The notes beneath the pieces were generated by a model. That model saw only the letters and a list, made by a program, of their open reading frames with translations. It made no database searches and had not been told where the DNA came from. From Acidobacteriota bacterium (lineage in GTDB: Bacteria; Acidobacteriota; Blastocatellia; RBC074): a stretch of 64,000 nucleotides of DNA. Made by a program: the position numbers and the translations under genes. Each line of letters opens with the position of its first letter. Position 1 is the stretch's first letter. Positions 17,309 to 28,555 of the stretch are shown here, in pieces. The stretch is from NCBI GenBank assembly GCA_016789605.1, contig JAEUQO010000211.1, positions 1,798 through 65,797 on the forward strand, written 5' to 3'.

Positions 17309-18592
17309 CTACGGCCAAAACCACAAAAACAGAATGCCGACCAACAAGACTGCGCCAAAACAGGCACAAACGCGCAGAGCCAATGCGCGGTGTCCGAGCG
17401 CGACGACGGTCCCTGCCTTAAACACCAAATTCGACATCGTCGCCACGACAATCAACCGCCAGCCATAACTGGCATCCAGACGGTTTAAATTCACCAGCTG
17501 CGAAGTTGAAAGCGTGATCGCATCGACATCGGTTAACCCCGATAAGCCCGCCACAAAATACAACCCGCGATCGCCAAACGTCTCTTTGACAAACGCGACA
17601 GCAAACAAAATGCCCGCGTATAACCCGCCGAAAATCAGCGCGGATTTCAATTCCGACGGATTTTCCTGTGCGGGCATAGCGTCGGATTGCCCGCGCCACC
17701 AAACCCACAACAGCGTCACCAGCGCGACCAACGTCGCCATCATGGCGGCCAGCGGCCAAATAGCGATGCGCAAAAACGCGGGCGCGACGGTGGCGATTTC
17801 CAGACCAACGCGCACAAACACAATCGCCGAGGCGATCAAACTCACCACCGCCGCCGGGTGGCTGGCGTCGGCAACTTGCGCAGTGCGGCGCGCATAACTT
17901 ACCGTCGTCGCCGTGCTCGAAATCAATCCGCCAAGTGCGCCGCCCAACAGCAACCCTGCCTTTTCGCCAAAGAATTTGTAAACGATATAGCCGCTCAAAC
18001 TGATGCCGACGATCAGCACCACCATAAACCAGATGTTGCGCGGATTCAGCACGGCATAAGGCCCATACGTGCGATTGGGCAGCACCGGCAAAATCACCAG
18101 CGAGAGCAAGGCAAATTGCATGATGGCGCGCAAATCATTGGCGCTGAGCCGTGCCACGGCGTCGTGCAATTCGCCTTTGAAATGCAACAACACCGCAGTG
18201 CCGCCGCCGATGGCAATGGCCACCGCGCGCTGCCCCGTCACCAGATAGGCGCCGACGCCGAACATCAACAGCATGGCGACTTCGGTCGTCAGTCCGGCAT
18301 CGGGTTTGCCCGCTTCGACCTCTGCCTGTTTGCCAATCACGATCAAAGCCGCCAACGCCAAAAGCCCTGCGGCGACGACCCAACCGCCCAGGCTTTGCGC
18401 GAGCAAAGCCGAGATTGTGCCCAACAGTGTCACCAACGGAAAAGTGCGCACGCCCGCCAACTGGGAAGCCGCGCTTTCACGCTGCAAACCGACCAGCAAG
18501 CCCAGTCCCAAGGCAATACCGAGTTGTTGGAATAAGAGGGAAAGAGAGGCTTCCATTGGTGTAGTAGTGAGCGACTGCGTATTCAACGTCAA
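17309..18592 (-). CDS. MgtC/SapB family membrane protein with DUF4010-type C-terminal region
   Basis: Polytopic hydrophobic protein. The N-terminus [21 protein letters not shown] is typical of MgtC-DUF4010 proteins. The start is uncertain: TTG at 18592 or ATG at 18556. Confidence 0.7.
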   Translation of the reverse strand: MTLNTQSLTTTPMEASLSLLFQQLGIALGLGLLVGLQRESAASQLAGVRTFPLVTLLGTISALLAQSLGGWVVAAGLLALAALIVIGKQAEVEAGKPDAGLTTEVAMLLMFGVGAYLVTGQRAVAIAIGGGTAVLLHFKGELHDAVARLSANDLRAIMQFALLSLVILPVLPNRTYGPYAVLNPRNIWFMVVLIVGISLSGYIVYKFFGEKAGLLLGGALGGLISSTATTVSYARRTAQVADASHPAAVVSLIASAIVFVRVGLEIATVAPAFLRIAIWPLAAMMATLVALVTLLWVWWRGQSDAMPAQENPSELKSALIFGGLYAGILFAVAFVKETFGDRGLYFVAGLSGLTDVDAITLSTSQLVNLNRLDASYGWRLIVVATMSNLVFKAGTVVALGHRALALRVCACFGAVLLVGILFLWFWP

Positions 18593-18610
18593 CCGGCGGC
18601 AGTTGCGTCG

Positions 18611-19537
18611 TCAGTCAGTGCGAGAATGGGTTTCGCGATTGTGCCGCCAGGGATCATCCACTTCGACATCGCCGTGCAGCGCATCCGTCACCGGATGCAA
18701 CATATGCTGCACCGCAGACAACTGGCTGTCGGCAAAATCCCGTGGGCTGCCCCAAAATGCAATGCGCCCTTCTGCAAGCAACATGACGAACAAGTCGGAC
18801 GGCGATTCGGAATTGCTCACCAAACTCCCATCCGCAAGCACACGCCGCGCAGCCAGATAAGGAATTTCGTGCAACGCCTTGGTCACATACAGCGAAGAGA
18901 TGCCGTGCAAATCGCGCGCACGGATGATCAGGTCAAGCACCTGCTTGGCATTGATCGGATCCAATCCCGACGTCGGTTCGTCAAACAGCATGATCGGCGG
19001 CCAACCGATCAAGGCGCGCGCCAACTCCAGACGGCGCTTCATGCCGCCTGACAACTCTTCGGCCTGTTTTTCCAATTCGCCCTGCAACCCGACAAAGGTC
19101 AGCACTTCGACGACGGCGCGCTCGACGTCTTCCGCTGGCCAATCGTGATCGGTCAGCCGGTACGCGGCGTTTTCAAACACAGATTGTCCGGTAAAGAGCG
19201 CGTTTTCCTGAAAGACCATGCCCATCGCTTCGCGGCGCAAGGCAAGCAAGTCGGTCTCTTCCAATCCAACAATGCTCTTGCCATTAATCAACACATCGCC
19301 TTCGTCGGGTTGTAAAAACCCCAGCGCCAGACGCAGCAAGACCGATTTGCCCGATCGCGAATCGCCGGTAATGCAAATCATGCCGCCGCGCGGCAACGTA
19401 AAACTGACGTCACGCAACGCAGGCACATCGTCAAAACTTAGCGAAACATGGCGAAATTCAATGGCCGCCGCCGGTTCAGCGCCGCTGGTCATTTGGTTGT
19501 AATTCGGATTGTCGTTTTCGTCTGACATAGCCAGCAT
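18611..19537 (-). CDS. ABC transporter ATP-binding protein (MlaF-like), no permease gene adjacent
   Basis: Walker A GDSRSGKS, signature LSGGMKRR, Walker B IMLFDEPTSGLD. The start is ambiguous: ATG at 19537 or 19528, or TTG at 19564. Confidence 0.8.
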   Translation of the reverse strand: MLAMSDENDNPNYNQMTSGAEPAAAIEFRHVSLSFDDVPALRDVSFTLPRGGMICITGDSRSGKSVLLRLALGFLQPDEGDVLINGKSIVGLEETDLLALRREAMGMVFQENALFTGQSVFENAAYRLTDHDWPAEDVERAVVEVLTFVGLQGELEKQAEELSGGMKRRLELARALIGWPPIMLFDEPTSGLDPINAKQVLDLIIRARDLHGISSLYVTKALHEIPYLAARRVLADGSLVSNSESPSDLFVMLLAEGRIAFWGSPRDFADSQLSAVQHMLHPVTDALHGDVEVDDPWRHNRETHSRTD

Positions 19538-19595
19538 TTTGAACGCCGCGCTGGCTAATCGCAATTCAGCACACCGAGAAAACAGAGAATCGGTG

Positions 19596-20987
19596 TTAGC
19601 GCGCCTGGGCTTTTAACGCGGCAAACTGCCGACGCATTTGCGCCAGTTTGGCGGCGTAGGCTTTGTCAGCGGCAAGGTTTTGCATTTCGCGCGGGTCGCG
19701 GCGCAAATCAAAAAGTTCTTCGTATTTGAAATCCGGCCAGAAAATGTATTTTTCCTCTTTGCGCACCAACGCTTCTGACGAAGGAATGAAGTCCGTATCG
19801 CGAATGGTCGCGTGTTCGTAAAAGAATTCCGTACGCCACACAGGTTTGCGCGCCGCCAGGTACAACGGCGCAAAATCGCGTCCTTGCATTCCCGCAGGAG
19901 CGGGCAATCCGGCAAAACCGAGAATCGTCGGCGCAAGGTCCACATTCAACACCATGTCATCGTTGAGCTGCCCGCGTTTGTTTGATTTCAGGCGCGGATC
20001 GCGCACGATCAACGGCACGCGGATGGATTCTTCATACGGATACCATTTGTCTGCCAATCCATGTTCGCCGTGAAAGTACCCGTTGTCGGTCGTGAAAATG
20101 ACCAGCGTATTGTCGGCCAATCCTTGCGCAGCCAGTTCGGCCAGCACGCGCCCGGCGGTCGTATCCACTTCGGTGGCCAACCGGTAATAAGCCTTCATGT
20201 ATTGCTGGTATTTTTCGGGCGAGTCAAAACGCCAATGCCAGCGGTTGCGCCCTTCGTTTTTTTCATTGGCGATGAACGGCGGCAAGCGGCGAAAGAACTC
20301 ATCGCTCATTGTCGGCGGCACGGGAATCGTGGCGTCGCGATAAAGCGCTTCGCTTTGCGGTTGCGACAAATATTGTTTGGGATTTTGGTCTTCGGCGTGG
20401 GTGGCAAAAAACGCCAGGGTCAGACAAAACGGTTTGTCTGTCGGGCGCGTGCGCAAAAACTCCAAGGCGTCACGCTCGTTCTTTTCTGTCACGTGAATGG
20501 TCGTGCCGTCTGGCTGTTTTTGGTAATGCGTTCCGGCATACGAGCGGCCAACATCAAACTGTTCCGCCGGAAATTTGCCGTTGTGCCATTTGCCGATGTG
20601 GCCGACCCAATAACCGTTGGCGCGCAACAGTCCGGGATAGGTTTCGCGCCACGGTGTTTTGAACGCCTCAAACGCCGGATTGCCGTGACGCGACATCCAT
20701 TGTCCGGTAAACAGCGTTGCCCGGCTGACACCGCAAATCGAAGTCGTCACATACGCGCGGCGAAAGCGCACGCCTTCTTTTGCCAGTTGATCCAGGTGCG
20801 GCGTTTTGACGATGGGATTGCCTGCTGCGCCGAGCGTGTCGTGCCGCCAATCATCGGCATACAAGATCAGAATATTGGGGCGCGGTTTCGGTTGCGCCGC
20901 GCGCTGTGCATGTGCGCCTTGTCCGCCCAACAGCAAGCCCAGACACAGCACACCGCACCAACGCCAGAATCCCTGTTCACGTGTCAT
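19596..20987 (-). CDS. secreted type I sulfatase
   Basis: Signal peptide, then [13 protein letters not shown]...[15 protein letters not shown], the sulfatase N-terminal metal and FGly region. The motif is CGVSR rather than C-x-P-x-R. Confidence 0.85.
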   Translation of the reverse strand: MTREQGFWRWCGVLCLGLLLGGQGAHAQRAAQPKPRPNILILYADDWRHDTLGAAGNPIVKTPHLDQLAKEGVRFRRAYVTTSICGVSRATLFTGQWMSRHGNPAFEAFKTPWRETYPGLLRANGYWVGHIGKWHNGKFPAEQFDVGRSYAGTHYQKQPDGTTIHVTEKNERDALEFLRTRPTDKPFCLTLAFFATHAEDQNPKQYLSQPQSEALYRDATIPVPPTMSDEFFRRLPPFIANEKNEGRNRWHWRFDSPEKYQQYMKAYYRLATEVDTTAGRVLAELAAQGLADNTLVIFTTDNGYFHGEHGLADKWYPYEESIRVPLIVRDPRLKSNKRGQLNDDMVLNVDLAPTILGFAGLPAPAGMQGRDFAPLYLAARKPVWRTEFFYEHATIRDTDFIPSSEALVRKEEKYIFWPDFKYEELFDLRRDPREMQNLAADKAYAAKLAQMRRQFAALKAQAR

Positions 20988-21009
20988 CGTGTGTTTGCTC
21001 CTTGGTGGC

Positions 21010-22707
21010 TCAGACTTCGCCGCGCTTGTATTGCTCGATCAAATATTCGCTGGCGCGCATCGCCAGCGCCAAAATCGTCAAGGTCGGATTCACGCATCCG
21101 CTCGAAACAAAACAACTGCCGTCCACAACAAACAGATTTTTGACATCGTGCGCCTGATTGAATTTGTTCAGAACCGACGTTTTTGGGTTGTCGCCCATAC
21201 GCGCCGTGCCGACTTCGTGAATGCTGTGGCCGGGCGGATACATATCGCGGTTTTCTGAAATCAATTCGATGCTTGCGGCGTGAAACATCTCGTGCGCGCA
21301 TTCGATGGCGTCGCGCGTTAACTCGCGTTCGTTGTCGCCATACGCGATGTCAATTTTGAGTGAGGGAATGCCCCAGGCGTCTTTCAGGTTGGCATCTATC
21401 GCCACGTGATTTTCCCGCCGCGCCAGTACTTCGCCAAACGCGCTCATGCGCACGAAGGCCGGATGCAACGCACGCACTTCAGCTTTGAAATCAGCGCCGA
21501 ACCCGGACGTGGTTTTGGCGTGACCGGGAAAAATGCCTGCGCCGCTGCCCGCCTGATAACCAAATCGGCGAATGTATTTCTGTTGTTTCGACGCGCCGTC
21601 CAGATTGCGAAACGCGGGGATGTAGGTGCCCTGTGGACGTCCGTCTTCGTTGACGATTTCGCGGCCTTTCAACTGTTTGGCCAATCCGGTAAAGCTGACG
21701 CCCCAGGTGTGATCGTGCAGGTAATGTCCCAACACGCCGCTGGAATTGGCCACGCCGGTCGGGTAAAGGCGTGATTTGGAATTGAGCATGATGCGCGTGG
21801 ATTCGAGCGTCGAAGCGCCCAGAATCACCACCTTGCCATAGGCTTCGTAATCGCGCTTTGTTTTGCGGTCAACAAAACTGACGCCTTTGGCTTTGCCGGT
21901 TTTGGCATCGAGCAGGATTTCGCGCACCACCGCATCAGAACGCAGCGTCAAATTGCCGGTGTCGTGCGCGGGAGCCAGCAATCCCGTCGGCGAATTGAAC
22001 ATCGCGCCAACGTCACAACCTCTGCCGCACGTTCCGCAATAATGACAAGCCGCGCGATATTTGTTGTGCGCCAGTTTTTCGCTGATCACCCCGGCGCGCG
22101 TCGGAATCAACCGGCGACCGGTTTTCTCTACGCCGCGTTGCAAAAGGCGCTCACCGCACAACATCGGCTGTGGTTTCTGAAAGATGCCGTCAGGCAATTG
22201 CGGCAACCCTTCGCGCGTTCCCATAATGCCGATCAACCGGTCTACGTTGTCGTAATACGGTTTCAGGTCGTCATATGAAATCGGCCAATCGTCGCCGTAT
22301 CCGTCGTGCGAAGCCGCCTTGAAATCAAACTGGCTCAGGCGCAGCGCGACGCGTCCCCAAACCAGCGTGCGCCCGCCCACGGCACGAGCGCGCACCCAAT
22401 CAAACGGTTTGTCTTTGGGCGTGGAATAGGGATTCTCATCCAGCCGCGCATAAATGTGCGTCGTGTATCCGTCGGCGAACCCGTATTTGTAATTGTGGGC
22501 GTCGCGCGGAGAAAGACGTCCGCGATACTTTTCTTCGTACGGCCAGGCGTGCGTTTTGAAATCGTTGTACAAATCGAGCTTCGGCCCGGCTTCGAGAACC
22601 AAAACCTTCATCCCGGCTTTGGTCAACATATACGCAGCCATCCCACCGGCTGCGCCCGAACCGACAATCACGGCGTCATAAACTTTTGTCGTAGTTTTTG
22701 TTTGCAT
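21010..22707 (-). CDS. GMC family FAD-dependent oxidoreductase
   Basis: N-terminal Rossmann motif [33 protein letters not shown]. Length and C-terminal HEVGTARMG are typical of GMC oxidoreductases. Confidence 0.85.
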   Translation of the reverse strand: MQTKTTTKVYDAVIVGSGAAGGMAAYMLTKAGMKVLVLEAGPKLDLYNDFKTHAWPYEEKYRGRLSPRDAHNYKYGFADGYTTHIYARLDENPYSTPKDKPFDWVRARAVGGRTLVWGRVALRLSQFDFKAASHDGYGDDWPISYDDLKPYYDNVDRLIGIMGTREGLPQLPDGIFQKPQPMLCGERLLQRGVEKTGRRLIPTRAGVISEKLAHNKYRAACHYCGTCGRGCDVGAMFNSPTGLLAPAHDTGNLTLRSDAVVREILLDAKTGKAKGVSFVDRKTKRDYEAYGKVVILGASTLESTRIMLNSKSRLYPTGVANSSGVLGHYLHDHTWGVSFTGLAKQLKGREIVNEDGRPQGTYIPAFRNLDGASKQQKYIRRFGYQAGSGAGIFPGHAKTTSGFGADFKAEVRALHPAFVRMSAFGEVLARRENHVAIDANLKDAWGIPSLKIDIAYGDNERELTRDAIECAHEMFHAASIELISENRDMYPPGHSIHEVGTARMGDNPKTSVLNKFNQAHDVKNLFVVDGSCFVSSGCVNPTLTILALAMRASEYLIEQYKRGEV

Positions 22708-22749
22708 TGATGTTCTCCGGCCTCACGTCACAGGTTTCGCCCCGGCGTC

Positions 22750-24192
22750 TCACCGTGTTTTCGTCAGCTTTTTCGTTTGTCCTGGCGGCGCGAAACTCCT
22801 GGCCGCATCATCCAGCACCAAAACCCAATCCAGATTTTCTCCGGCGTCAGGCGGCGCAAACTGGCGTTGTCCGCTGTTGGGGAATTCGCCGATCAGCGTC
22901 GCTTTGCCATTGCGCGGATTGAACCACCACGCTTTGACTTTGCTGCCGGTGACGGCATCCAACCGCACCTTGAACGGACGCCCGGTCGGCACGTAAACCA
23001 GCGCATAACTGCCGACAGAATCGCGCGTCGCCACATAACGTTTCAATCCTGCCCCGGGCACAGCGCTGGGCGGATCAGCCGCGACGAGCACCGTGTCATC
23101 AGGAATGCGCGTCAGAAACGGACGTGATTCCAACAGCCAACGCGCATATTGCATTTGGCCCGCGCCGGGTTGATCAATGGCTTCGTACCAGGGCAAGAGC
23201 GGATTGTTGACCGGCGTGCGTCCCGGTTGCCACATCTGCCACACGGAATGATGCCCGTATGTGTGACCGAATGCGCCCGTGAACAAATCCCAGTACAACG
23301 GTCTTCGCACGTCTGCCGCGACGGAATGGCTTTGCTCTTTTGCCTTGAATGCAATCGGATGGTCTTCGTAAATGGGTTCACCGTCGAGCACGGGTTTGGT
23401 CGGAGCGCGGTCGTAATCTTCGCGGGTTTTGTCATAGCGCCCGTTGAATTCGGCGTTATGGCCGTTTTGACGCATGTTGAAATCCAACCACGCGTCGGCG
23501 TGAAACCACTCTGACGAACTGCGCCCGCCGTTCGGATGCCAGGTCATCAAATGCGCTCCGCCGTCACCGGCTTTCAAACCACGCGCCAGCGCGCGCACGA
23601 TTTCTTTTTGCGTGTCGGTTTCGACCGGGCGATCTCCGCCCAAAATCCAGATGAGATTGTTTTGCTGTTGATAACGACGCCCCAACCATTCGCCATAACG
23701 TTCGACATTCGCAACGGTAAACACTTCCGGGCCGACACCCCATTTCTTGTTCCATTTGTCGCCCCAGGTCGGCAAAAAGCCAATGTACAAGCCCAGCGCG
23801 TCAGCTTTTTTCACGATGTAATCCACGTGATCCCAGTAATCATTGTTTGCACCGTCTTTCACGTCGGGCCGGGTCGGATCGTTCTCCAACAAGGGACGAT
23901 GACCATACGCGTTCGGCGTATTCAATCCGTCGAGTTCGGCCAAGGCCACGGCCTGAATCACCGTGAAGCCTTTGTCGGCACGGTTTTTCAGATACCGATC
24001 TGCCTCTTCACGGTTTAGGCGATGAAACAATTCCCAGGCAGTGTCGCCCAGGTAAAAAAACGGTTTGCCGTCGGCGGTCACCAAAAAGCGTTTGTTCTCG
24101 CTGACTTTCAACGGCGGCACGGCCAGCCCGCTAACCGCCAGCAACAGCACTGACAAAATGATATTTCGAAATCGGACTCGCGATGCAGACAT
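22750..24192 (-). CDS. secreted glycoside hydrolase, DUF4038/GH140-like
   Basis: Signal peptide. [38 protein letters not shown].. matches the DUF4038 (GH140) N-terminal TIM-barrel region as I recall it. Confidence 0.75.
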   Translation of the reverse strand: MSASRVRFRNIILSVLLLAVSGLAVPPLKVSENKRFLVTADGKPFFYLGDTAWELFHRLNREEADRYLKNRADKGFTVIQAVALAELDGLNTPNAYGHRPLLENDPTRPDVKDGANNDYWDHVDYIVKKADALGLYIGFLPTWGDKWNKKWGVGPEVFTVANVERYGEWLGRRYQQQNNLIWILGGDRPVETDTQKEIVRALARGLKAGDGGAHLMTWHPNGGRSSSEWFHADAWLDFNMRQNGHNAEFNGRYDKTREDYDRAPTKPVLDGEPIYEDHPIAFKAKEQSHSVAADVRRPLYWDLFTGAFGHTYGHHSVWQMWQPGRTPVNNPLLPWYEAIDQPGAGQMQYARWLLESRPFLTRIPDDTVLVAADPPSAVPGAGLKRYVATRDSVGSYALVYVPTGRPFKVRLDAVTGSKVKAWWFNPRNGKATLIGEFPNSGQRQFAPPDAGENLDWVLVLDDAARSFAPPGQTKKLTKTR

Positions 24193-24249
24193 GCAGCCCC
24201 CTCTTATCGTGTAACAAGTTGATTGGTTTTGTTGAACTGCGATCGGCGT

Positions 24250-26859
24250 CTATTGCGCCGCGCCAACCAGCACAAACGGCGCCCAATAATACGGATGCCG
24301 CCAGGCAGGCTGTGCGCCGCGCAAAAGTTCCAATTGCGCCTGGCGTAACGCATCGTCTTTGCTCAAACCTTGTTGCAAGTTCTTATAAAACGATCTCATC
24401 AACGAAGCTGTGGCGATGTCGTTGACGTTCCACAAACTGACGACCACGCTGTCAGCGCCGGCGTACAAGAACGCGCGGGTCAGTCCGATGATGCCTTCGC
24501 CGTGCAACATGCGGCCCAGCCCTGTGCCACATGCCGAAAGCGTGACCAGCGCTGCATTCAGTTTCAGGCGCATGACTTCGGCCATCTGTAACGCGCCGTC
24601 TTCTGCTTTTGCCCCGCTGGCAATCGTCGTCGGAGCCGACAACATAATGGCCGAGCGCGCCGGATACTCTTCATCCACCAAAGCGTGCGCCGCAAAATGC
24701 AGATAACGATACTGGCCGAGCGGCGCGGCTTTCACGGCGGCTTCCTGCGCCTCTTCACCAAGCAACACCTGACGTTCTGTGGCGGGAAATAACGCGGCGA
24801 TCCCGTTCACTTCCGTACGTGTATAGGGCAACTGGCGAAAATCAAAGCCGCGTTCGTCAGTGTGGGCTGCCTGGGCAGACTCGCTTCTGGCATAGACGGG
24901 ATCGCCAAATGCGATGAGACCTTTTGCTGGCGCCGCGTTTGGTCTGAGCGTTTGCAGCGCCACCAACGCCGAAGCCGACGGCGCATAGCGAAGCGCAAAT
25001 CGTTCGAGCAAAAACGCCGTTGCGCCGCGCGCGCCATTTCCCGCCAGGGTTTCAAACGGCAAATACGACAACACGCCATCAGGCACGAGGATGAGTTTGC
25101 GCGCGCCGCTCAAATGCGCTTCCAACGGCTGAAAAAGTTTTTCGTATAACGGTTTGCCCTGGCTTTTCAGCTTGGCCATTGCTTGTGCCGCAGTGGCCGA
25201 ATTGACCTTGGTCGAAATCTCCGCGCGAAACGCCGCCACGAGCGGTTCTAATTCCTTGCGCGCGGGCAATTTCACCGTCGCGAGTTTGCCCGCAGACACA
25301 ACCCAGGCAAACGAGCGCTCTTCGCCGAGGACAAATTCAAGCAAGGCTGTCTCTTTGGGCAAGGATTCCGCCGCACGTTTGAAATCAATCGGCGGCGGCG
25401 CTTTGACGCTGGCATAGCGCGGATCGGCGCGGCGCAGTGCCAACCGATACAGTTGCAACGCGTTTTCGGCGTCGGCCAATTGGCGGTTGAGCTGCGCTTC
25501 TTTTTCCGGCGCAAGTTCCGGTTGCCACAACTCGCGCTGCACTGCGGAAATTTGTTCAAAAAGCTGGTCTTCGCGTTCCTGCTGCGCGGGTGTCAATTCC
25601 AGCTCTGATTCCAACCCGGCTTCGGCCAGAACATCCAAAAAGGCGCGGGCGTGATACGACTCTGCGACGGCAAACGCTTCCTCGGTCAGCGATTGCTCAA
25701 CCAACAATGAAATCGCCCCGGCAAAAACCTGTTGGCGCGATGCGACAATGCCCGCGCGCGAGATTTCGGTTGGAATCGAAAGCGCGCGGGCGTCTTCCAG
25801 TGCCGACAGCCCGGCGCGATAGCTAAGCAAAGCCACCGCCGGTTGCCCCAACGCACGTTGCGCTTCGGCGAGCGTTGCATGCACGCGGGCTTCGAGATGT
25901 TTGTTTCCGCCCGTGCGCTGTAACACGGTGAGCGCCTGTGTCGCGGTGTTGCGCGCGCTTCCCGCCTGACCTGCTTTCAATTGTGTCGCGGCATATTCGC
26001 CCAGCACAAACGCTTCGGGTTGCGGCAATTTCATCGGGCGAATGATGCGCAAGGCCTGTTCAAACAGCTCTGCCGCCTTAGGGAGCTGGTTGAGCGCCGT
26101 CCGCGTCATGGCCAGGTGATAGAGCAATTCGGCGTACATAAATGCTCGTGGCGCAGCGGGAGCAAGCAACAACGCCCGCTCTCCGTACGCCAGAGCTTTG
26201 TCAAAATTGCCGCGCGCGTTTTCAGCCGCAACCAACCGACGCAACACAAAAAACTCTGTTTCGCGCCGGGGCAGACTTTGCGCCAGCGTTTGCGCTTGCT
26301 GCAAATATTGTGTGGCTTGCGCAAAATCGCCGGTTTCGGCAAACACGCTGCCGACTTGCGCCAAAGCGCGCGCTTCGCCGCTTTTGTCTTTGCGTTGACG
26401 AAACAACCGCAACGTTTGCTCAAAACAGAACAACGCGTCGGCATAACGTCCCGATTGCATCAACAATCCACCGGCACGGCCCAGCGCGTTGGTTTGCAAC
26501 TGGCTGATGCCCGCTTCGTCTGCGTTGCTCGAAGCAAGTTTGAACAGCCGAATGGCTTCATTCATTCGCCCGGCATGAAAGGCTGCCAGCGCGATCAGAT
26601 TGATGGCACGCGCCTGGCGCGCCTTGTCGTGACTTTCCTGGCTTAAGGTAAGCGCCTGTTTGGCAATCTGGTAGGCCTGCAAAAAGTTTTTGTTCTGTAA
26701 TTGCCGAGCGGCAGTTTTGAGCAACCGTTCAACGGCGGCAGGCTGATCTGTGTCCAAGGAGTTTGCCTTGGCGCGCCGACGGTTTTGCATCTGGGCAGAA
26801 TGCGGCAACGATAGGCAAAGCACGGCCAGCCCACAAAGCAAAAACACGATTCGCTTCAT
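24250..26859 (-). CDS. secreted TPR repeat + CHAT domain (caspase-like) protease
   Basis: Signal peptide MKRIVFLLCGLAVLCLSLPHSAQ and long TPR region. The C-terminal CHAT domain has an intact dyad context: YLHFAAHA (His) and TLSACGTG (Cys777, codon complement of 24529-24531), then SLWNVND. Confidence 0.9.
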   Translation of the reverse strand: MKRIVFLLCGLAVLCLSLPHSAQMQNRRRAKANSLDTDQPAAVERLLKTAARQLQNKNFLQAYQIAKQALTLSQESHDKARQARAINLIALAAFHAGRMNEAIRLFKLASSNADEAGISQLQTNALGRAGGLLMQSGRYADALFCFEQTLRLFRQRKDKSGEARALAQVGSVFAETGDFAQATQYLQQAQTLAQSLPRRETEFFVLRRLVAAENARGNFDKALAYGERALLLAPAAPRAFMYAELLYHLAMTRTALNQLPKAAELFEQALRIIRPMKLPQPEAFVLGEYAATQLKAGQAGSARNTATQALTVLQRTGGNKHLEARVHATLAEAQRALGQPAVALLSYRAGLSALEDARALSIPTEISRAGIVASRQQVFAGAISLLVEQSLTEEAFAVAESYHARAFLDVLAEAGLESELELTPAQQEREDQLFEQISAVQRELWQPELAPEKEAQLNRQLADAENALQLYRLALRRADPRYASVKAPPPIDFKRAAESLPKETALLEFVLGEERSFAWVVSAGKLATVKLPARKELEPLVAAFRAEISTKVNSATAAQAMAKLKSQGKPLYEKLFQPLEAHLSGARKLILVPDGVLSYLPFETLAGNGARGATAFLLERFALRYAPSASALVALQTLRPNAAPAKGLIAFGDPVYARSESAQAAHTDERGFDFRQLPYTRTEVNGIAALFPATERQVLLGEEAQEAAVKAAPLGQYRYLHFAAHALVDEEYPARSAIMLSAPTTIASGAKAEDGALQMAEVMRLKLNAALVTLSACGTGLGRMLHGEGIIGLTRAFLYAGADSVVVSLWNVNDIATASLMRSFYKNLQQGLSKDDALRQAQLELLRGAQPAWRHPYYWAPFVLVGAAQ

Positions 26860-26874
26860 CGTCGCGACTCCTGG

Positions 26875-27657
26875 TTACGGTATTTGCACTTGCAATCGGT
26901 ATTCGCCAACCGGTTCCGGTTGGCCATCACGCAGGCCGTAACACTTCACCACATATTTGCCCGGCTGTAAAAGCTTGGCGGGAATGCTGGCTGAAACTGC
27001 GCCGTTGGCGTTGGCTTTGCCGCTGGTAACGGTCGTCACCAGACGTTTGGCGCTGTCAAAAAGCTGAAAGCGAAAGCTGGAAAATGGGCTGTTTGGTTCT
27101 ACGTCCAGACGCAAGATCGCGCTGGCAGCATTGGCCGGAAGTCGCAATACCGTTCCCGCATCCTTCGCGCCGCGCTCAGAATCCAGAAACACGACGGGAG
27201 ATTTGCCAAGGGCAGCGATATCCGCCGGTGGCGGCGTCTGGGTTTTCGCCAAATTCGGTTGCGTCACTTGCGGACTTTCAGCAACCACAGGCGTACTTTC
27301 CGCCTGAGGCGTCACCGTGGGCGACGGCTTGCCCGCAATTTCTTCGGGCGAAACCGCAGGCTGTTTCAGCCACAACCAGGCAATCCCCAACGCCAGGACC
27401 ACTGCCAAGGCGGTGGCCAACACGAGCGCAGGTTTGAACCAATTCGCCCACCAGGGTTCTGCCGCAACCGCTGCCAACAAATTCTGACGCGCCGCCTGAC
27501 GCACCCCGGCCACAAAACGCGCCGTCATCTGCACCTGTGCAAAACACTCTGCGCAATCGAAGTAATGTTCCTGAAACGCACGCCGCTCGTCGGGCGAGAG
27601 TTGATGCCGCACGTAACGCTCGATGATATCGCCTTGTTGTACTTCCTGATGCGTCAT
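26875..27657 (-). CDS. zf-HC2 anti-sigma factor, single TM, extracytoplasmic beta-rich domain
   Basis: ORF 26875..27696, trimmed to ATG 27657. MTHQEVQQGDIIERYVRHQLSPDERRAFQEHYFDCAECF carries the H-x3-C-x2-C motif. TM segment ALVLATALAVVLALGIAWLWL. The stop lies 15 bp before the CHAT gene start. Confidence 0.75.
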   Translation of the reverse strand: MTHQEVQQGDIIERYVRHQLSPDERRAFQEHYFDCAECFAQVQMTARFVAGVRQAARQNLLAAVAAEPWWANWFKPALVLATALAVVLALGIAWLWLKQPAVSPEEIAGKPSPTVTPQAESTPVVAESPQVTQPNLAKTQTPPPADIAALGKSPVVFLDSERGAKDAGTVLRLPANAASAILRLDVEPNSPFSSFRFQLFDSAKRLVTTVTSGKANANGAVSASIPAKLLQPGKYVVKCYGLRDGQPEPVGEYRLQVQIP

Positions 27658-27703
27658 AGTTATTGATAAGTGCAGCGAACCGCCCGTTTGTATCAATCCT
27701 GTT

Positions 27704-28267
27704 TCAGCGTCGGGTCATTTTTTTGTAAAGCTCGCGAAAACTTTGCAGCGCACGGGATTTGATCAGCCGCACGCGCTCTTGGTTGATGCCGAGTTTGCGC
27801 GCAATTTCTTCTTTGGTCAGCTCTTCGTAATAGTACATGCGCAAAAATTGTTGCTCGCGCGGTTTGAGCTGGCGGGCAACTTCTTGCAACGCGCGGCTGG
27901 TTTCGGCGTCCAGAAATGCCTGTTCCAGCGAATCGCCCCCGGCGACATCATATTCGTAATCTTCCAGCGAATCGGCGCGGTATTTTTGCCGTATGTGCTC
28001 CCGAATGACATTCAACGTAATGCCGACAATGAATGACGGCAGCGAATCGGCGGTGCGCAATTTGCCCTGGCGCAAAGCCTGAATCACACGCAGAAAGGTT
28101 TCTGCCCGAATGTCTTCTGCATCTTCTTTGGAATGTGTTTCGCTGAGAGCGGTGAAATACACACGCGCCGAGAATTTGTCATACAGCGCGGCCTCAGCAT
28201 CGGCCTCGCCTTGCCGAATGCGGGCGACCAATTCCTGATTTGCGGGAGGTTGCGCGCTGGAATGCAT
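27704..28267 (-). CDS. ECF-type RNA polymerase sigma-70 family factor
   Basis: ORF 27704..28357, trimmed to ATG 28267. Region 2 (DAEDIRAETFLRVIQAL) and region 4 HTH (LTKEEIARKLGINQERVRLIKSRAL). Confidence 0.85.
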   Translation of the reverse strand: MHSSAQPPANQELVARIRQGEADAEAALYDKFSARVYFTALSETHSKEDAEDIRAETFLRVIQALRQGKLRTADSLPSFIVGITLNVIREHIRQKYRADSLEDYEYDVAGGDSLEQAFLDAETSRALQEVARQLKPREQQFLRMYYYEELTKEEIARKLGINQERVRLIKSRALQSFRELYKKMTRR

Positions 28268-28555
28268 ACGGGCCGGGATTCTACGCAAAGTTCTCTGTGG
28301 GCGATAGAGAGTCCACACATTTCGCGGCCCCCTCGCCAATCCCAAACGGCTCCGCACAAAAAATCAAAAAAAGAAAAAAGATTGATACACCTGACGACCT
28401 GGCTGCACTACTTGCCGAACAAACGAGCTGGCGCGATGGAGGCAGCCAGCAAAGGCCAGTTTGCTCGGCATGAGAACGCTGAGGATCGCAGGCTGTGCCG
28501 AACAACACGTAGAAAATCACCGGATCGCATCCGGACCAAAAAGGAGAATACAACG

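Noticed and set aside
28133-28555. The long 5' extension of ORF 28133..28903 (256 aa).
   Set aside because: The first 141 codons overlap the sigma-factor gene and its upstream region on the other strand and have odd composition. A strong RBS plus signal peptide begins at the internal ATG 28556.
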